DNA from: a virus
Length of the DNA: 36,855 nt
Strand: one strand, 5' to 3'
IMG/VR virus record: IMGVR_UViG_3300000053_000003
Location: 1 to 36,855 of that record
How positions within the stretch are numbered: position 1 is the stretch's first letter; every line of letters begins with the position of its first letter. Made by a program: the position numbers and the translations under genes. Under the pieces are notes generated by a model, which was not told the origin of the DNA, searched no databases, and saw nothing but the letters and a program-made list of their open reading frames with translations. Shown piece by piece: positions 24,335 to 32,347 of this stretch.

Positions 24335-27055
24335 TCATGCTGCCTTCCCCTTCACATGATCCCAGCCATCCACGTCCCAGCCCGCTTCCCGCGCCTTCGC
24401 ACGCCAATCCTTCACCATCTGGCCGAGCGCAGCGCTCGTCAGAGATGGGGGCAGGGAAGAGTTCGGATCGTCAGGGATGAAGAACGCGCCAAAGCGCCGT
24501 GAGTTGCCATCCGTCCAGGGGATCGGTCGTGCCGTCTTCTCCACCTCGGAACTGATGAACAGGCTGAACTTCGTCTGGCTCATCGCGTGTTCACGGTTGC
24601 GCTGGCACCACTCGAGGAACAGCGAATAGAGGTCGCTCGACAGGCAGCCACCCCACAGCCCGCGCCCCAGCTCCTGCGTACGCCACTGGTGCAGAAAGGT
24701 CTGCCAGCCGGCCCGGCTCAACGCCACCAGGCGCTGCCGTGCATCGGTATGCGGCGGCCGCGTCCGCTCGTTGAAGTCGCCCAAGTCGACCGCCAGCAGC
24801 CACGCATACAGCGCCGCCACACCACCATTGGCCAGCTCGCGCCCGATCGCCTGCTGCCGCTCCGGCGGCAACGTCTCCTGTGGCCACATCACCAGCAGCC
24901 GGCGGTCACTGTCACTGATCGGCCACGGCAGGATCTCGTTAGAGAGGAACACCGCATTCATATGGTTGGCTTCCTCCCAACCATTGATGAACTTCGACTC
25001 CATCCGCACCGTCTTGCCGGTGATCAGATGCTTGATCTTGCCCACCTGGTTGTAACGCTGGTCGCGGCTGACCACTTCCTCGAACACCGCCCACAGCTTC
25101 CGGCTCTGCCACGCGTTGAAGTTCGATTCCAGCTGCGTCTGCCCCACCGTCGCCGCGTACTGCCCATACAGAGCCCCCATCGTGTCCGCGAAGAACAGGC
25201 TCTTACCCGAACCCTCCATCACCGAATGCATCAGCACAGCGGTGTCCAGCTTCGCGCCCGGGTGCTGCAGCGGAAAGGCCAGCCACTTCGTCAGCCAGTC
25301 CAGCGCCTTGCCGTCGTGGTTACAGAGAAACGAGATCAGCCAGCGCAGGTTCTCGCACGCCGCATCATCACGCACCGGCTCCAGCGGCAGCCCCTCGAAC
25401 GTGTTGATGTACGTCGCCGGGTCCTTCGTCATCGTCGGGTCGAACACGATGTGGTCCACGTCCACCGTGCGGCGCTCGGCACTGTTGAGCCACAGCGCAT
25501 AGGCATCGCCCAGCGCCATCTTCACCGCGCCTTCCGGGATGCGCCGCTTCTTCTCGCGGTCCCACACATCCTTTGTCCCGTCGATGTACACATAGCGCTC
25601 GGTCGGCGGCATGCCCAGCGCACCGGCCTTCTTGCCCGCCATGCGCCGCGCCTGCTCGATCTCGCGCACCGCATCGGCGCCGATCAGCTTCTTGTTCGTG
25701 TCATCCAGCCAGGTCTTCGCCAGCGGCTTGCCCACCAGCGCCTCGAAGGCGGTCTTCTTCATCGCCACCTTCTTATCCTGGTCCCATACCTGCGTCGTTC
25801 CTTCAACCAGCGCAAACCGCCGCAGTACCTGTTCGGGCGTGAAGCCCGCCCCCTGCCCCCCGGTGTCGGAGGAGCCGGCCGGCGCAGCGGCTTCGGCAGC
25901 GGATGGGGCCGGGGAAGGCTTGCCAGCAGCAACAGCCGCATCGAGCTGCTGCTCGACCACCTCCAGCCCCCACGCCACATGCACATCGTTCCAGTCCTGC
26001 CCCGCCTCGCCTTCGGCCGGCAGCATCGGGAAGGCAGCAATGCCACCCACCTCACCCGCCGCCGCTTCCGCCTTCTTCCGGCCAGGGTTGCCCGGCTTCG
26101 TCGGGTCATCGTCACCGGCCACTACCAGCAGGGCATCCGGGCATTGCGCCGCCAGGTCACGCGCCACCGCCGGCATGTTGCCGGAGTCCAGCGCCATCGC
26201 CACCGGCCAGCCCTTCGCCATGTGCACACTGGCAGCCGTCGCATAGCCTTCGGCCTCGCCGATTACCGCCGCCCCGTCCAGGTCACCCAGCACATGCCGG
26301 CAACCCGCCTTGCGCCCGTACTTCGGGAACAGCTTCGTGCCCTGCTCATTGATCGCCTGCAGGCTCCACAGCTTCCCCGCCGCATCGCGCAGCGGAATGG
26401 CAATGCTGCCCTTCTTGAACATCAGAAAGCTGATCGAATCCGGCCGCGGCTTCGGCAGGTTGGCGAAGAACTCGCGCGTCTCACTGCCCACCCACACATC
26501 GCAGCGCTGCCGCTCGTCATCGATGGAAAGCACCACGGTGTAATGGAAGTAGCCAACGCCAAAAGCCCCAACCTGCTTGCGTTCCAGGTAGGGGCTTTCG
26601 CCTTGCGGCTTGCAGTGCTTCGTCCAGATCAGCTCACACGCGCTGGCCACCGCCTCACGCATAACCGAGGCCCTGGCTTCGTCCGCTTCGATCTCAGCCT
26701 GCCGCACCGCCCGCCGGGCTTCCGCCTCGGCATTCAGCCGTCGTTTCTCCTCGGCAGTGATCGGCTCCCGGCGCGGCCGCCAGCCGTTGTCTTTGGCCAG
26801 CTTGATCACCGTGCCCATGCCCGTGCCGGCCTTGCGGAAGCTCCGCCAAACCGTCTTCGCATCGCCCGCCTTATACCCAGCGCCCGTCGCGCTCCAAGTA
26901 TCCCAGGCGTCGAAGCCGGCACTGGCGAACTCCGCCTTGATGCCCATGCCCACCTGCAACCAGGTGTCGCGGTCATCGGCGGGGATGTACTGCAGCAGCT
27001 CGGTCAGGTCGGCCAACGTCAGCGGTACGCGCTCAACCACGCCGCACCCCCGCAT
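24335..27055 (-). CDS. Bifunctional primase-helicase (PriCT-2 N-domain, Toprim, D5/P4-alpha-type SF3 helicase)
   Basis: N-terminal WLQVGMGIKAEF..FDAWDTWS..YKAGDAKTVWRSF resembles PriCT-2. VVAGDDDP..GNPGRKKA is Toprim-like. GSGKS is a Walker A motif, with a D5-like context. 906 aa. Confidence 0.8.
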   Translation of the reverse strand: MRGCGVVERVPLTLADLTELLQYIPADDRDTWLQVGMGIKAEFASAGFDAWDTWSATGAGYKAGDAKTVWRSFRKAGTGMGTVIKLAKDNGWRPRREPITAEEKRRLNAEAEARRAVRQAEIEADEARASVMREAVASACELIWTKHCKPQGESPYLERKQVGAFGVGYFHYTVVLSIDDERQRCDVWVGSETREFFANLPKPRPDSISFLMFKKGSIAIPLRDAAGKLWSLQAINEQGTKLFPKYGRKAGCRHVLGDLDGAAVIGEAEGYATAASVHMAKGWPVAMALDSGNMPAVARDLAAQCPDALLVVAGDDDPTKPGNPGRKKAEAAAGEVGGIAAFPMLPAEGEAGQDWNDVHVAWGLEVVEQQLDAAVAAGKPSPAPSAAEAAAPAGSSDTGGQGAGFTPEQVLRRFALVEGTTQVWDQDKKVAMKKTAFEALVGKPLAKTWLDDTNKKLIGADAVREIEQARRMAGKKAGALGMPPTERYVYIDGTKDVWDREKKRRIPEGAVKMALGDAYALWLNSAERRTVDVDHIVFDPTMTKDPATYINTFEGLPLEPVRDDAACENLRWLISFLCNHDGKALDWLTKWLAFPLQHPGAKLDTAVLMHSVMEGSGKSLFFADTMGALYGQYAATVGQTQLESNFNAWQSRKLWAVFEEVVSRDQRYNQVGKIKHLITGKTVRMESKFINGWEEANHMNAVFLSNEILPWPISDSDRRLLVMWPQETLPPERQQAIGRELANGGVAALYAWLLAVDLGDFNERTRPPHTDARQRLVALSRAGWQTFLHQWRTQELGRGLWGGCLSSDLYSLFLEWCQRNREHAMSQTKFSLFISSEVEKTARPIPWTDGNSRRFGAFFIPDDPNSSLPPSLTSAALGQMVKDWRAKAREAGWDVDGWDHVKGKAA

Positions 27056-27254
27056 TCCGCTTGTCCTCGATGCCCTGGCACTCGGTGCACATCCGGCACC
27101 CCTTCACCGCATCGCGCCGGGCCTGCGGAATCTCGCCGCCGCACCCTTCGCACTCGGTCAGGCTCTCACCCTGGTACTGCACGCGGCTTGCGATAAGGCG
27201 CTGCAGCTCCTCGTCCTGCTCCCGCTGGGCACGTTCGATCAGATGCTCATCCAT
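27033..27254 (-). CDS. TraR/DksA-family C4 zinc-finger protein
   Basis: Start set at the ATG at 27254 (ATGGATGA overlap with the upstream stop). Motif CEGCGGEIPQARRDAVKGCRMCTECQ. Confidence 0.75.
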   Translation of the reverse strand: MDEHLIERAQREQDEELQRLIASRVQYQGESLTECEGCGGEIPQARRDAVKGCRMCTECQGIEDKRNAGVRRG

Positions 27255-27738
27255 GGCACGCCACCTCCGCTTCCACCGCCTGCTCGGCACCCGCCACAAT
27301 CCCCAGGATCTCGCCGATCATCTTGTTCGCGTGGTAGCGCAGCGCTTCCACCTCGTGCCGCTCCCAGCAATTGTCCTCGGCGCCATCGTGCAGGCTGCCG
27401 ACGAATTCGCCTTCGGCCTGTAGCAGTGCACCCAACGCCTTCAGCGCATCGCGCGTAGCCGGTACCGGCTGTGGCACGAAAGCCACCGCACCGGCCGGGC
27501 GCACCAAAGCCGCCAGCAGACGCGGGTCGCGCGTGGTCGCCACGATCTCTTCAAGGAACTCAGGGTGCAGCGGACGATTGCCCGTAGGGTTGACGCGCTT
27601 GCTCAGCTCGTCCGGGTCGATGCCGATGGTCAGCGCCACCGCGTTCTGCCCACCCACCGCATCGCGCGTGGCGCGGTACAGCGCCTGGCGGGTGGTCAGC
27701 ACCGGGCCGGCGCCCGGCAAAAGGTCTTTACGGCTCAT
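27247..27738 (-). CDS. Phage regulatory CII-family (CP76-like) protein
   Basis: The pattern ELSKRVNPTGNRPLHPEFLEEIVATTRDPRLL resembles the Phage_CP76 family. It is the second gene of the early-right operon. Confidence 0.5.
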   Translation of the reverse strand: MSRKDLLPGAGPVLTTRQALYRATRDAVGGQNAVALTIGIDPDELSKRVNPTGNRPLHPEFLEEIVATTRDPRLLAALVRPAGAVAFVPQPVPATRDALKALGALLQAEGEFVGSLHDGAEDNCWERHEVEALRYHANKMIGEILGIVAGAEQAVEAEVACHG

Positions 27739-28075
27739 AGCGTTAATGCCCCTGTAACGCTGTAGCCAACCGCCGGGCCGTTGCCCTACAGTTCACCTAC
27801 AGCACGCGACCCTCATGACTGCTGTGTCCACGGGTCGCGGGTTGAGGTAGCCGGCTGGTAACCGGTTACCGGACCGTCGAGGCTGGGGTTCTTGCTGTGG
27901 TAAGTGGGTCCCCAGTTCTCGACCTCTATACAAGCCTGCCGCCGTAGCGACAGGCTTTTGTGTTTCTGGGCTGCTTGCCCGGCGCCGGCCCGATGGCGTT
28001 GGTAAGACTCTCGGGCCGGCTCCCGCCTGATACGTGTGCTGCTGTGCTGTGTCCTGAAGGCGGGCTGTGGTTCGG
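27739..28075 (-). other. Highly structured noncoding leader between the Cro-like and CII-like genes
   Basis: No credible ORF. Contains successive inverted repeats, including a 10-bp perfect stem GCCGGCCCGA/TCGGGCCGGC (27984-28020), CGCGACCC/GGGTCGCG (27806-27839), the palindrome GGTAACCGGTTACC (27857-27870), and AGCCTG/CAGGCT followed by a T-rich run (TTTTGTGTTT) on the plus strand (27933-27965). Confidence 0.5.
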
Positions 28076-28333
28076 TTATGCGCGGCGCTCGGCTTGGCGC
28101 CGCTCTCCGCGCCTGCGCTCCGTCTGGCGGCGGTCAGCTTCAAAGCGAGCGCCGCCACTCTTCTCGGCATAGAGCTTTTCCAGTTCCTTGCCGATGCAGT
28201 AACGGAGTTCAGCGCCATTCAGCGCCCGAAAGACGGTTGGCTGAGTAACGCCAATAGCATCAGCGATGCCCTGCTGGGTCATCCCGGCTTCGATAAGCGT
28301 TTTCAGCATTTCAGTGATCGAGGGAGTAGTCAT
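28076..28333 (-). CDS. Cro-like HTH protein with an arginine-rich C-terminal tail
   Basis: Start set at the ATG at 28333. HTH segment MTQQGIADAIGVTQPTVFRALNG. C-terminus RFEADRRQTERRRGERRQAERRA. Divergent from the repressor gene. Confidence 0.7.
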   Translation of the reverse strand: MTTPSITEMLKTLIEAGMTQQGIADAIGVTQPTVFRALNGAELRYCIGKELEKLYAEKSGGARFEADRRQTERRRGERRQAERRA

Positions 28334-28433
28334 GACAAAGGAATGTATCCGGCTACGCATTGAGCAAGATAATACGCATCGGAATTGTCAGCCGCAATAC
28401 GCTTTGCATAATTCGCAAAGGAATAATTTCGGC
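28334..28433. promoter_or_regulatory. Divergent immunity switch (back-to-back promoters plus repeated operator-like motif)
   Basis: Minus strand: TTGCGG (28392-28397), 17-nt spacer, TATTAT (28369-28374). Plus strand: TTGTCA (28385-28390), 15-nt spacer, CATAAT (28406-28411). TACGCAT occurs at 28354 and 28373, and TACGCT at 28398. Confidence 0.5.
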
Positions 28434-29096
28434 ATGGCTATTTCGATCGGTCACATCGCCGCGATGCTGGCGGCAAGGCGCGAAAAGCTGGGCTGGAGCG
28501 AGACAGAGCTGGCCAAGAGAGCCGGCCTTAACCAATCCACCGTGCACCGCATCCTCAAGGGTGAGTTCCAGAACCCGCAGATCAATTACATCGAGCGCCT
28601 CACTCGCGCCCTTGGGTTGGACATGGCCGAAGTACTCGGCCTCCGCCAGCCCGATCCGCAAACCCTAGACTCGACCTTGGGACCTGGGCCCGCCTTGCAT
28701 CAACGCGTACCTCTGATTTCATGGGTGCGCGCCGGAGATTTATGCGAGGCGATAGATTTGTTTGAACCTGGCTTTGCCGATGACTGGCTGGACTGCCCTT
28801 TCCCCCATAGCTCGTCTGCCTTCTGCCTAGAAGTGAGAGGGCTAAGCATGTCGCCAGAGTACCGGGCAGGGGAAATCATACTAGTCGAGCCAGACATTCA
28901 GGCGATGCACAACGATGACGTGGTGGTGAGAACACCTGAAGGGCAGGTCACCTTCAAACGGCTGCAGAAAACGGAAGACGGCGTCTTTCTGCTGGCCCTG
29001 AATCCAGAGTTTCCGAACCGTATCATTCACATGCCCGCCGATACAGCGGTCTGTGGCGTAGTGACTGGCTCGTGGATTAAACGAAAAAGGCGGTGA
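28434..29096 (+). CDS. CI/LexA-like repressor (XRE HTH plus S24 self-cleaving peptidase domain)
   Basis: Start set at the ATG at 28434. HTH segment WSETELAKRAGLNQSTVHRILKG. Ala-Gly site in WVRAGD. Ser motif GLSMSPEY. Lys motif TFKRL. Confidence 0.85.
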   Translation: MAISIGHIAAMLAARREKLGWSETELAKRAGLNQSTVHRILKGEFQNPQINYIERLTRALGLDMAEVLGLRQPDPQTLDSTLGPGPALHQRVPLISWVRAGDLCEAIDLFEPGFADDWLDCPFPHSSSAFCLEVRGLSMSPEYRAGEIILVEPDIQAMHNDDVVVRTPEGQVTFKRLQKTEDGVFLLALNPEFPNRIIHMPADTAVCGVVTGSWIKRKRR

Positions 29097-29132
29097 ACGC
29101 CGAGTTACACCTATTTAAGCGCAGGAGCGCAC

Positions 29133-29447
29133 ATGGCTGAGCAAACAGAAGACCTAGACGACACTGTTACCTTTGATGAACTGGTCCGCTTCTTCAAAAC
29201 GGTATCGCCCGAGGTAAAGTGCATGTCCTGTGGTGATAGTCGCTGGACGGTCATGCTGGAAGATGACGAGGTTAAAGTTTCAGAGGCATCACTTGGAAAA
29301 GAAGGATCTTTTTTGAAGTATTTCCCTGTCTTTCTCACGGTTTGCCACACCTGTGGCTATGTCAAAGCCCACCACGCAACTGTAATCAGGGCATGGCTGT
29401 TGGAGAATCCAAAACCCGATCTGAAGCAGGATGGCGAGAGTGAGTAG
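29133..29447 (+). CDS. Small zinc-ribbon-like protein of unknown function (repressor-linked cassette, gene 1)
   Basis: AGGAG RBS. 104 aa with CMSCGD and CHTCGY pairs. AT-richer than its surroundings. No terminator between cI and this gene. Confidence 0.6.
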   Translation: MAEQTEDLDDTVTFDELVRFFKTVSPEVKCMSCGDSRWTVMLEDDEVKVSEASLGKEGSFLKYFPVFLTVCHTCGYVKAHHATVIRAWLLENPKPDLKQDGESE

Positions 29448-29979
29448 CTATACCCCCGAGACCATGCGGGAACGGCTTAGCAGCTGCACCCCAATCTATG
29501 AACGCAGTCTTCGCGCGCCTGTCGAACGTGACAATCATGAACATATCAGCGACCCTAGACAGATGAATGACATCACTCGATACGAGCTGGACGCGAAGTT
29601 AGAAACCATCGAAGCAAGGATGGACGGCCGCGTCGCGTCTATTGAGGCGAAGATCGACTCGTTTCTCTCAGCCCAGGCTGAGCGTGACAAACGAGTTGAC
29701 CTCGATATTGCCAGAATGGCTGAGTCGCAGGCCGGAATCCGGGCGGACATCAAGTCGATGAAGACGACCACGATTGTCACGGCGATCACAGCAGTCCTTG
29801 CGATTGTATTCGGCATAGCGACGTTTAACGCTACCTTAACCTCCAACATGATCTCCGCCTTCCAAATGGGCAAGGGCGAACGAGTTGAAGCGCCGGTCCA
29901 GCAAAGCGTGCCCTCAGTCTCTCCGCCGCCACCCGTGCCCGCTACAACCACACAAGAACAAGCCAAACCCCGCAATTAG
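29431..29979 (+). CDS. Coiled-coil protein with a single C-proximal TM helix and a Pro-rich tail (cassette gene 2)
   Basis: ELDAKLETIEARMDGRVASIEAKIDSF..., then TM helix TTIVTAITAVLAIVFGIATF, then SPPPPVPA. The true start is uncertain (29431, 29464 or 29563). Confidence 0.55.
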   Translation: MARVSSYTPETMRERLSSCTPIYERSLRAPVERDNHEHISDPRQMNDITRYELDAKLETIEARMDGRVASIEAKIDSFLSAQAERDKRVDLDIARMAESQAGIRADIKSMKTTTIVTAITAVLAIVFGIATFNATLTSNMISAFQMGKGERVEAPVQQSVPSVSPPPPVPATTTQEQAKPRN

Positions 29980-29990
29980 CGGGGTTTTTT
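29965..29990 (+). terminator. Rho-independent terminator closing the cI-cassette transcription unit
   Basis: CCCCGC-aatta-GCGGGG followed by TTTTTT. The stop codon lies in the loop. Confidence 0.8.
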
Positions 29991-30055
29991 CCACGTGCAT
30001 CAGTCGGCGCGACCCAGTAATTAGCCAGCCACGCATTAAATTATCCCGATACGTA

Positions 30056-30084
30056 TTGACTGTATAAATTCGTTCGCGGATTAT
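30056..30084 (+). promoter_or_regulatory. Candidate early-left (PL-like) sigma70 promoter
   Basis: TTGACT, 17-nt spacer, GATTAT, about 34 nt before the ATG at 30118. The operator-like ACGCATT (30031) and palindrome ATACGTAT (30050) lie next to the -35. Confidence 0.45.
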
Positions 30085-30117
30085 TGTCGTGTACCCACTT
30101 ACCACGGGATCGCGACA

Positions 30118-30312
30118 ATGGACACAGCACAGCACTGCAGCACCCGCTGCCCGGTCTTTCTGCACCCGGCAGCGGCATCCAACCCCTTCACCGTACGCCG
30201 CATCGAACGTGAAACCGGCCTGACCGCTCACGTCACCCTGCGCGCCGCACAACTCAAGCGCCACACCCTCCCCGCCTTCGAGGACTTCGGTCCGTTCGGT
30301 GGCGCAGCATGA
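30118..30312 (+). CDS. Hypothetical protein
   Basis: First ORF after the candidate promoter. ATGA coupling to the next ORF. Confidence 0.4.
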   Translation: MDTAQHCSTRCPVFLHPAAASNPFTVRRIERETGLTAHVTLRAAQLKRHTLPAFEDFGPFGGAA

Positions 30313-30644
30313 ATAGCCGAATTGAGGTTCTGGCCCTCCAGATCATGGCGCTCTGCATGCGCATCAGCGCCGCCGGCAACTACACAGCGCACTGCGAATA
30401 CGATGCCGACAACCATTGCATTGCCTGCCGCGTTCGCAAGCCAATGGCTAAGGCAGCGCGCATTACTGCAACACCGGAAGAACAAAGCGCACGGCACCTG
30501 TTCTCGGAATACATCTACATCGACGCGTTCACGGAATCGCTAGATCTGGATGAAGCACAGGCGCAACCGGTATGCACCGAACTGGAAGCATTGATTGAAA
30601 AGCTGATTGCTTACGCCCGCGTTGAGAGCGAGGTGCCAGCATGA
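30309..30644 (+). CDS. Hypothetical protein
   Basis: 111-aa ORF, translationally coupled at both ends (ATGA overlaps). Confidence 0.5.
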   Translation: MNSRIEVLALQIMALCMRISAAGNYTAHCEYDADNHCIACRVRKPMAKAARITATPEEQSARHLFSEYIYIDAFTESLDLDEAQAQPVCTELEALIEKLIAYARVESEVPA

Positions 30645-31405
30645 GCATCTACTCCCTCACCAGAGGCAGCGAATCCGCGCTGCAGCTGCTTGCCAGCACG
30701 GGAGGCAGCGACACGCTGCTCCTGATTCAACCCGAGCGCGAGCTGCGCCCATCAATCAGCATCGAGCGCCTGCCGGCAGTGGACTCAGCGTCGGGCTTCA
30801 AGCTTGAAGCCGTGCTGCACCTTCGCGAACAACGCCACAGCATGACACTCCAGGCCGGCGACGGCGCCAACGCCCAGCACCTGGCTGATTGGGTCGAAGC
30901 AATTGCCAACGGCACATTGGACACGGCAGAGGCCATCCCACATAGCGCCGACCCGCTTGGGCTCGCCGCTGTTACCGCCGCATTCAATGCTGCCGCAAGG
31001 GAAATGCTGCACCCGGCCGACATGGTCAACCACCCGCCGCACTACACCGGCCACCCGAGCGGCGTGGAGTGCATCGAGGTAGCCGAGCACCTGCCGTTCT
31101 GCCTGGGCAACGCCTTCAAGTACCTGTTCCGCCGCGATGCCAAGGGCAACCCGCTGGAGAACATCGAGAAGGCCATCTGGTACGTCAACCGCCACAACGA
31201 GACGTACCCGGAAAAGCCCGAGCTACCCGAGGATGCCCGCGAAGCGCTCGGCATGGTCGTCGTGCACGAGCCGCACCCCTTCAGCACCGCCATGCTGCTG
31301 ATCGCCAGCCCGAGCCAATGCGGCGGCTATGACGCCTGCATCACCATGCTCGAGCAAGAGGCGGCACGCCTGCGCAGCGGCGCCGAACCGCTGCGCGCAG
31401 CCTGA
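30641..31405 (+). CDS. DUF3310 (SaV-like) domain protein with an unknown N-terminal extension
   Basis: The C-terminal half has NHPPHYTGHPSGVECIEVAEHLPFCLGNAFKYLFRRDAKGNPLENIEKAIWY, the DUF3310 signature. The first 130 aa or so are unassigned. Confidence 0.65.
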   Translation: MSIYSLTRGSESALQLLASTGGSDTLLLIQPERELRPSISIERLPAVDSASGFKLEAVLHLREQRHSMTLQAGDGANAQHLADWVEAIANGTLDTAEAIPHSADPLGLAAVTAAFNAAAREMLHPADMVNHPPHYTGHPSGVECIEVAEHLPFCLGNAFKYLFRRDAKGNPLENIEKAIWYVNRHNETYPEKPELPEDAREALGMVVVHEPHPFSTAMLLIASPSQCGGYDACITMLEQEAARLRSGAEPLRAA

Positions 31406-31416
31406 GGCCCGCCACC

Positions 31417-31692
31417 ATGAACCGCACTCTCGACCAGGCTGCCGCCGTGCTCGGCATTGGCCCGCGCAAGCTGCGCGCCCGTATGCGGGAGCTTGGCCTG
31501 CTCAACCACGCCGGCGAGCTCATCAGCACCGAGCGCAGCCGCGGCCGGCTGTTCGTCGACACCCGCAGCCGCTGGAACCCGGCCATCAGCACCTACAGCC
31601 ATTACGGCGTGGTCATGGCCACCGAAAAGGGGATCGGCTGGCTGGCCGAGCAGCTGGGCATCACCGTCACCAAGAAGGACGCCGCCGCATGA
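31417..31692 (+). CDS. KilAC/ANT C-terminal-like DNA-binding protein
   Basis: The pattern AAAVLGIGPRKLRARMRELGLL....L......RGRLFV resembles KilA-C domains. Confidence 0.5.
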   Translation: MNRTLDQAAAVLGIGPRKLRARMRELGLLNHAGELISTERSRGRLFVDTRSRWNPAISTYSHYGVVMATEKGIGWLAEQLGITVTKKDAAA

Positions 31693-32087
31693 CAATCTCT
31701 GCCAACCAACACGCAATCGGCGCGCTCAAGCTCACCAGCCTGTATCTGGACCACCCCAGCGTGGTATCTGCCGACACCCTGCGCGGCGCCTGCGCCGAAG
31801 CCATCATCCACCTGCGCGCCAACCAACCGCACGCAGACGACCTTGGCCGGCTCTGGTGCGCCCTGTTCGCCGTGCTGCCGCGCAGCTTTCTGCCCTACGT
31901 CACGCTGACCACCGACCCGGCCACGCCTTACGCCTGCGTCATCACCGATGCCGCCGGCAACATCGTTGACCGCCAACTGGGCAAGACCATCGAAGGCGTC
32001 ACCGAACTCATCCGCCTGCGCCACACCGCGCCCAGCCCGGCACGCACCTCAGAGGGGCGCGGGGAGATCGGAGGGGCCAAACCGTGA
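31689..32087 (+). CDS. Hypothetical protein
   Basis: Start set at the ATG at 31689 (ATGA overlap with the previous stop). 132 aa. The longer ORF-track version has an implausible Arg/Pro/His-rich N-terminal extension. Confidence 0.5.
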   Translation: MTISANQHAIGALKLTSLYLDHPSVVSADTLRGACAEAIIHLRANQPHADDLGRLWCALFAVLPRSFLPYVTLTTDPATPYACVITDAAGNIVDRQLGKTIEGVTELIRLRHTAPSPARTSEGRGEIGGAKP

Positions 32088-32347
32088 CCAGCACCTACCA
32101 GCAACTGCTGCGCCGCTACGACCGGCCCTGCCTGCCGCTGGACGAAGTGCGCGCCGAGTACCTGCCGCACATCGGCGACGTCGAGTCGCTGATCAAGCTG
32201 ATTCACCAGGGCCGCGTCCGCCTGCGGTACACCCGCACGGACGTCACCCGCAAGGCGCCACCCGTTGTTTACCTGCGCGATCTGGCCGCCTGGCTGGACG
32301 CCCACGACCCGAGCAACACCCAACCCGCCACTGACCAGGTGGCGTAA
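32084..32347 (+). CDS. PrtN-family (pyocin activator-like) protein
   Basis: LLRRYDRPCLPLDEVRAEYLPHI...LI..I..GRV.L...R.....PPVVYLRDLAAWLD resembles the PrtN family. GTGA start overlap. Confidence 0.55.
   Translation: MTSTYQQLLRRYDRPCLPLDEVRAEYLPHIGDVESLIKLIHQGRVRLRYTRTDVTRKAPPVVYLRDLAAWLDAHDPSNTQPATDQVA

Noticed and set aside
23972-24502. ORFs of 176 aa (+) and 136 aa (-) across the iteron region
   Set aside because: Their translations are low-complexity (PTQTRHTQNP... and GCVGFGF...) and are generated by the repeated CCCAACACA motif. They have no RBS or family resemblance.
27793-28218. 141-aa minus-strand ORF and 70-aa plus-strand ORFs in the cro-cII leader
   Set aside because: They overlap the Cro-like gene out of frame and have Arg/Ala/Pro/Ser-rich, junk-like translations with no RBS. 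The region is better described as structured noncoding RNA.
28266-28433. Upstream extension of the CI-like repressor (ORF-track start at 28266, or Met at 28332)
   Set aside because: The extension would run through the divergent promoter/operator region and overlap the Cro-like start. The HTH domain begins right after the Met at 28434, which has an AAGGAA upstream.
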